Source: the human T2T-CHM13v2.0 reference genome, Homo sapiens. Taken from it: 64,000 bases of DNA. The translations under genes and the position numbers were made by a program. The stretch is taken from NCBI RefSeq assembly GCF_009914755.1, contig NC_060947.1. One strand, given 5' to 3'. Position 1 is the first letter of the stretch. Each line of letters starts with the position of its first letter. Under the pieces are notes generated by a model, which was given only the letters and a program-made list of their open reading frames with translations, searched no databases and had not been told where the DNA came from. Of the stretch, positions 58,700 through 64,000 are shown in pieces.

Positions 58700-60715
58700 A
58701 GAAGACTTTGGCCTCTAGTCTGACATGTAAAGAGCTTGGAAGTCATTACTCCCATCCTTGCAACTAGAAAAAAGATAAACAAACTGAAAATCTAACTTAT
58801 TAAAGCCATCAGAGTTTGAGGTCACAGAGCTCCACCATGCTGGAAACTAGAGAGAAAGGCAGCACAGCTCATAAGGAGAAGAAGCCACAGCTAGATCCTG
58901 GTAGAAGCATTTAAAAGATAATTGAGTAATTGCAGGAGACTCACTGTAGATCTAGCTCGAGAGACAAAAACTCATGGGGGCCCTGTCTTATGGGGCCCCT
59001 ACACTTTCATGAGTTTTATTTCTAGGAGCCATACCAGATTCTCAGGGTGAAGATATGATAAAATTCCCCTCATGTTTCTAGTAAGGGGAAAGGAAAAGTA
59101 ACAACTTTGAAACATGCTCATAGTGCTCTGTTCTCCTGAAGGCCTGTCCTCAAAGAAAACTGTTTTACCAGAGGGTAAACTACTTGGTTTTGCTAGAGCC
59201 TAACTGACCTGGGGAAAGGGATATACTAACCTCCAACACCCTCTAACTTTTATGTGAGGGGAAAAGAACAGTACAATTCCAGCAGCCTTAAGCCTCCTGT
59301 CTCACCTAAGGACTTATGGGAGCTAAAAATCACTTGTGAAAGTCACAGCCCAAGGATACAGGCTCACTAAGGGACTAAGACCTAATCATAAGATTATAGA
59401 ATGTTTGTTTGCTCACATTTAACTATCGCCACAGTAGTGCTCCTGTATAACAAAGGGGGATTACAGCTTAAAGAGCTGGAATTTTCAGACCCTATTTATG
59501 ACAGGTTCTCTAGGGAGAAGCAAAAACAAGGAGGAGAGAAACAAGACTAGAGGAAAATGTAGACACTAATGCCACAGGTCGAGCAACCATTTATGATAGC
59601 CTAACTCCCAGCCAGATCAGCATAAAACCTATCACCAAAGGCCTATTTACTTCAGTCTCTCCTATTACATCATTTCTGGCTTTAAACGAAAAAAAATGCA
59701 AACATAAACAAAATCAAGTAACACAATCTGAAGAGACAGAGCAAACAACAGAACCAAATTCAGACATAGCTGATATTTTAGAATTATCAGACTGAGAACT
59801 TAAAAAAACAACTAATATACTAAGAGAATGGAAAAAATGAACATCATGAAGAACACGTGAGATAGCTAATCAGAAAGGTAGAAACCCTAAGAAAAAATCA
59901 AAAGAAAATGCTAGGGATAAAAAAAAAGAACTCCAACAAAATGAAGAGTATCTTATATGAAATCATCAATAGAATACACAGAGCCAAGGAAAGAATCAGT
60001 AAGCTTGAAGATGTTTCAACACATACTTCCCAAGCTGAAAAAAGAGAAACGTTGACTGAAATAAAATAACAGAATAGACTAAGAACTGTGTGACAAGGAG
60101 AAGAAAAAGATGAAAGAACAGAAGACATATTTGAAATAACAATGACTGAGAGTTTTCCAAAATTAATGAGAAACACCAAACCACAAATTGTTCAGCAAAC
60201 ACTAAGTAGGATAAATACCAAAATCTACAAATACCCATATCATATTCCAACTGCAGAAAACCAATCACAAAAAGAAAATCTGGAAAGAAGACAGAGAAAA
60301 AAATTTATTTTCATACAGAAACAAAGATAATAATTACACTGGATTTCTCTTTAGAAACCAGGCAAACAGGAAGAGAGTAGAATGAAATATTTAGAGTGTT
60401 GAAAAAGAAAACACCATAAATGTATACCCCTACTATCTAACCACAAGAATTAAAAATATATATATTTAAAACCCCACAAACCTAGAATTCTGTCTCCAGG
60501 AAAATTTCCCTTTAAAAGTGAAGGAGAAATAAAAACTTTCTCAAACAAAAATTGAGGTAATTTGTTACCATACCAGTAGACCTGCATCGCAAGAAACATT
60601 GAAACATCTTCAGAAAAAAAGAAAATTGTATACTTTGGAAAGTTTGATTTATGTAACGAAAGGAAGAGCACTAGAGGAGGAATAAATTTAGATAAATTAA
60701 TTTTTTTAATATCTT
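58700..60715 (+). mobile_element. Old L1M 5' region and ORF1 remnant
   Basis: ORF1-like 'MTESFPKLMRNTKPQI...SRINTK'; 'aaaagtgaaggagaaataaaaactttctcaaacaaaaattgagg'. Confidence 0.75.
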
Positions 60716-60737
60716 CTTTTTGTTTTGTTAGTTTTGT

Positions 60738-60780
<43 letters not shown>

Positions 60781-61064
60781 GGGTCTCACTCTGTCACCCA
60801 GGCTGGAGTGTAGTGGTGTGATCATGGCTCACTGCAGCCTTGACCTCCCAGGCTCAGGTGAGCCTCTCAACTAACCCCCTCCATCCCCCAGTAGCTGGGA
60901 CTACAGGCATGTGCCACCACTCCTAGCTAATCTTTGTATTTTTTAGTAGAAACAGGGTTTTGCCATGCTGCCTAGGCTGGTCTTGAATTCCTGGTCTCAA
61001 GAGACCTGCCTGTCTTGGCCTCCCAGAGTGCTGGGAATACAGGCATGAGCCACCGTGCCCAGCC
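60716..61064 (-). mobile_element. AluJ with a long T tail
   Basis: 'acagggtctcactctgtcacccagg...gagccaccgtgcccagcc'. Confidence 0.92.
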
Positions 61065-61109
61065 AATTTATAAAAATTCTTAATCTAACACATAATGGTC
61101 TGTTCAAAC

Positions 61110-61915
61110 AATAAAAACAACATAAGCAGGAGTAGCAATTCTTATATCAGATAAAACAGACTGTAAAGCAAAAGCAGTGAAGAAAAGACAAAGAAGGTCA
61201 TTATATTAATATATTGATAAAAGGATACATCCAACAAGAAGATATTACATTCCTAAATATACCTGCACCTAACTCTGAAGCTCCCAGATTCATAAAACAG
61301 TTACTACTAGACCTAGGAAAAGAGGTAGACAGCAGCACAATCATAGTGAGCGTCTTCAACACTCCAATGACAGAACTAGACAGAGCATCAAAGCAGAAAG
61401 TGAACAAGGACTTAAACTGAACTCTAGAACAAACGGACCTAAAAGTATTTACAGAACATTTTACCCAATAAATGCAGAATTTACATTCTTCTCGTCAGCA
61501 CATGGCACATTTTCTAAGATAGACCATGGATTAGTCCATTTTCACACTGCTAGTAAAGACATACCCAAGGCTGGGCAATTTACAAAAGAAAGAGATTTAC
61601 TGGACTTACACTTCCACATGGTTAAAGAGACCTCACAATCATGGTGGAAGGCGAAAGGCTCTTCTTACATGGCGGTGGCAAGAGAGAGAATGAGAACCAA
61701 GTGAAGGGGCTTATCCTTATAAAACCATCAGATCTCGTGAGACTTATTTGCCACCATGAGAACAGTATGGGAGAAACCACTCCCATGATTCAATTATCTC
61801 CCACTGGGTCCCTCCCAAAACATATGGGAATTATGGGAATACAATTCAATATGCGATTTGGATGGGGAAACAGAGCCAAACCATATCAGCCCATATGATA
61901 GGCCAAAAAACATGT
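61110..61915 (+). mobile_element. L1 ORF2 endonuclease-domain fragment interrupted by THE1
   Basis: Peptide IQQEDITFLNIPAPNSEAPRFIKQLLLDL...FNTPMTELDR; resumes 'tatgataggcc' after the LTR. Confidence 0.85.
61527..61888 (-). mobile_element. THE1 solo LTR
   Basis: 'attagtccattttcacactgct...aaagacatacccaagg...cagagccaaaccatatca'; TSD gacca/gccca. Confidence 0.92.
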
Positions 61916-61917
61916 AC

Positions 61918-62752
61918 AATTTATTTTATTTCAGTTCAGCTCAGATTTTGATTATTTTTGTCTTCTGACATGTTTGAGGTTGGTTTGCTCATGCTTCTCC
62001 AGTTTCTCTAGTTGTGAGATTAGGTTGTTAATTTGAGATCTTTCAAACTATTTTATGTAGGCATATAATGCTATAAACTTCAATACTAACACTGACTTAG
62101 CTGTGTCCCAAAGATTTTCATATGTACTATCTTTGGTCTCATTAGTCTCAAATAATTTCTTGATTTCTGCCTTAATTTTATTATTTACCCAAAAGTCATT
62201 TGGGAGCAGGTTGTTTAATTTCCATGTAATTATATGATTGAATTTTTTAGTATTGATTTCTGTTTTTACTATCGTGCTGTCCAAGTGTGGCTGGTATAAT
62301 TTCACTTTTTTCAATTTGCTGAAGATTGTTTTATGTTTGATTATGTGGTCAATTTTAGTATGATTTCTTTTTTTTCTCAGTTTTCTGAGATTTTTTTATA
62401 TTTGATTAGGTGGTCAATTTTAAAGCATGTGCATGTGCAGACGGGAAGAATGTGTATTCTGTTGTCTTTGGTTGGAGAGTTCTGTAAATGTGTATTAGGC
62501 CCATTTGGTCAAGTGTGAGTTCAGGTCTTGAATATCTTTGTTAATTTTATGTTTTGATGATTTGTCCAATACTGTCAGTATAATGTTGAAGTCTCTCACT
62601 ATTATTGTGTATAAATCCAAGTTTCATCATAGTTCTCTAAGAACTTGCTTTATGAATCTGGGTGCTCCTCTGTTGGGTGCATATTTATTTAGGATAGTTA
62701 GGTCTTCTTGGTGAATTAAACCCTTTATTATTATGTAATGCTCTTTTTTATC
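61918..62752 (-). mobile_element. Inverted 5' segment of a twin-primed L1 (ORF2 EN/linker)
   Basis: Minus-strand peptide [31 protein letters not shown]. Confidence 0.85.
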
Positions 62753-64000
62753 TAACCCCAGTTAAAAAAAAAAGGAATCCATGATTTTGTTCTTTGAAAA
62801 AAATAATAAGATAACATAAACCACTAACTAGACTAACAAAGATACAAAAGAGAGAAAATCCAAATAAACACAATTACAAATGACAAAGGGGACATTACCA
62901 CTAACCCACAGAAATACAAAAAAAAATCCTCAGAGACTTACTATAAATACCTCTATGCACACAAACTGGAAAATTTAGAAGAAATTGATATATTCCTGAA
63001 AATATACAACCACCCAAGACTGAACAAAAAAGAAATGGGATATCTGAACAGACCAATAATGAGTTCCAAAATTGAAGCAGTAATAAAAAGTCTACCAAAC
63101 AAGAAAAGCCAGGGACTAAATGGATTCACAGCTGAATTATATTAGATGCACAAAGAAGGGCTGGTACCATTTATACAGAAAATGTTCCAAAAAATTGAGG
63201 AGGAGGGACCTTTCTAACTTGTTCTGTGAGGTCAGGATCATCCTGATACCAAATCCTTGCAGATGCACACCAAAACCAGTAAAAGGTAAAAAGAAAAGTT
63301 CAGGACAATATCCTTGATGAACACAGTTGGAAAAATCTTCAAGAAAATACTAGCAAACCAAATTGAGCAACACGTAGAAAGCTAATCCACCATGATCAAG
63401 TATGCTTTATCCCTGGCATCCAAGACTGTTTCAATATATGCAAATAAATACATGTGATTCATCATATAAAGAGAAGTAAAAACAAAAACCACATGGTTAT
63501 CTCAATAGATGCACAAAAGGCTTTTGGTAAAATTGAAGATCCCTTCATGTTAAAAACCCTCAGTAAACTAGGCATCGAAGGAGCTACCGCAAAATAATAA
63601 GAGCCATCTCTGACAAACCCACAGCCAACATCACACTGAACTGGCAAAAGCTGGAAACATTCCCTTTGAAAACCAGCACAAGGCAAGGATGCCTTATCTC
63701 ACCACTCTTATTCAACATAGTACTGGAAGTCCTGGCCAGAGCAATCAGGCAGGGGGAAGAAATCAAAGGCATCCAAAAAGTAAGAGAGGATGTCAAACTA
63801 TCCCTAATTGCAGATGACATAATTCTACATCATGAAATTAACCCAAATGCCCGTCAACAGTAGACTAGATAAAGGAAGTGTTGTACATATACACCATGGA
63901 ATACTACACAGCCATAAAACAGAATTAGATCCTGTTCTCTGCAACAGCATGGATGGAGCTGGAGGCCATTACCCTAAGAAACTAATGCACGAACAGAAAA
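62753..64000 (+). mobile_element. Sense segment of the same L1 (ORF2 Z/RT region), jumping to the ORF2 C-terminus near 63835
   Basis: [25 protein letters not shown]...LIADD; then 'cccaaatgcccgtcaac...accatggaatactac'. Confidence 0.87.

Overview
AT-rich primate (very probably human Xq21.2) genomic DNA lying inside the DACH2 gene on the + strand. Two internal coding exons are visible: 13241-13372 (132 bp) and 57239-57397 (159 bp). Both are phase 1-1 and splice together in frame across a 43,866-bp intron. The rest is intron with abundant retrotransposon remnants: nested L1s at both ends (one full length but dead), nine Alus, a complete LTR-int-LTR MST MaLR, THE1/MST/MLT1 solo LTRs, MIR/L2/MER3 fragments and microsatellites. 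Nearly all ORFs in the track are decayed L1/Alu/MaLR frames or chance ORFs. I find no evidence of a novel multi-gene system. The most unusual items are a near-perfect 83-nt hairpin ~106 nt downstream of the second exon, a candidate 14-nt poison microexon at 56669-56682, an internally scrambled L1 at 14148-16378, an L1 3' tip with AATAAA signals ~25 nt from a splice acceptor, and a twin-primed (5'-inverted) L1. Repeat subfamily calls and the boundaries of old repeats were made by eye and are approximate.
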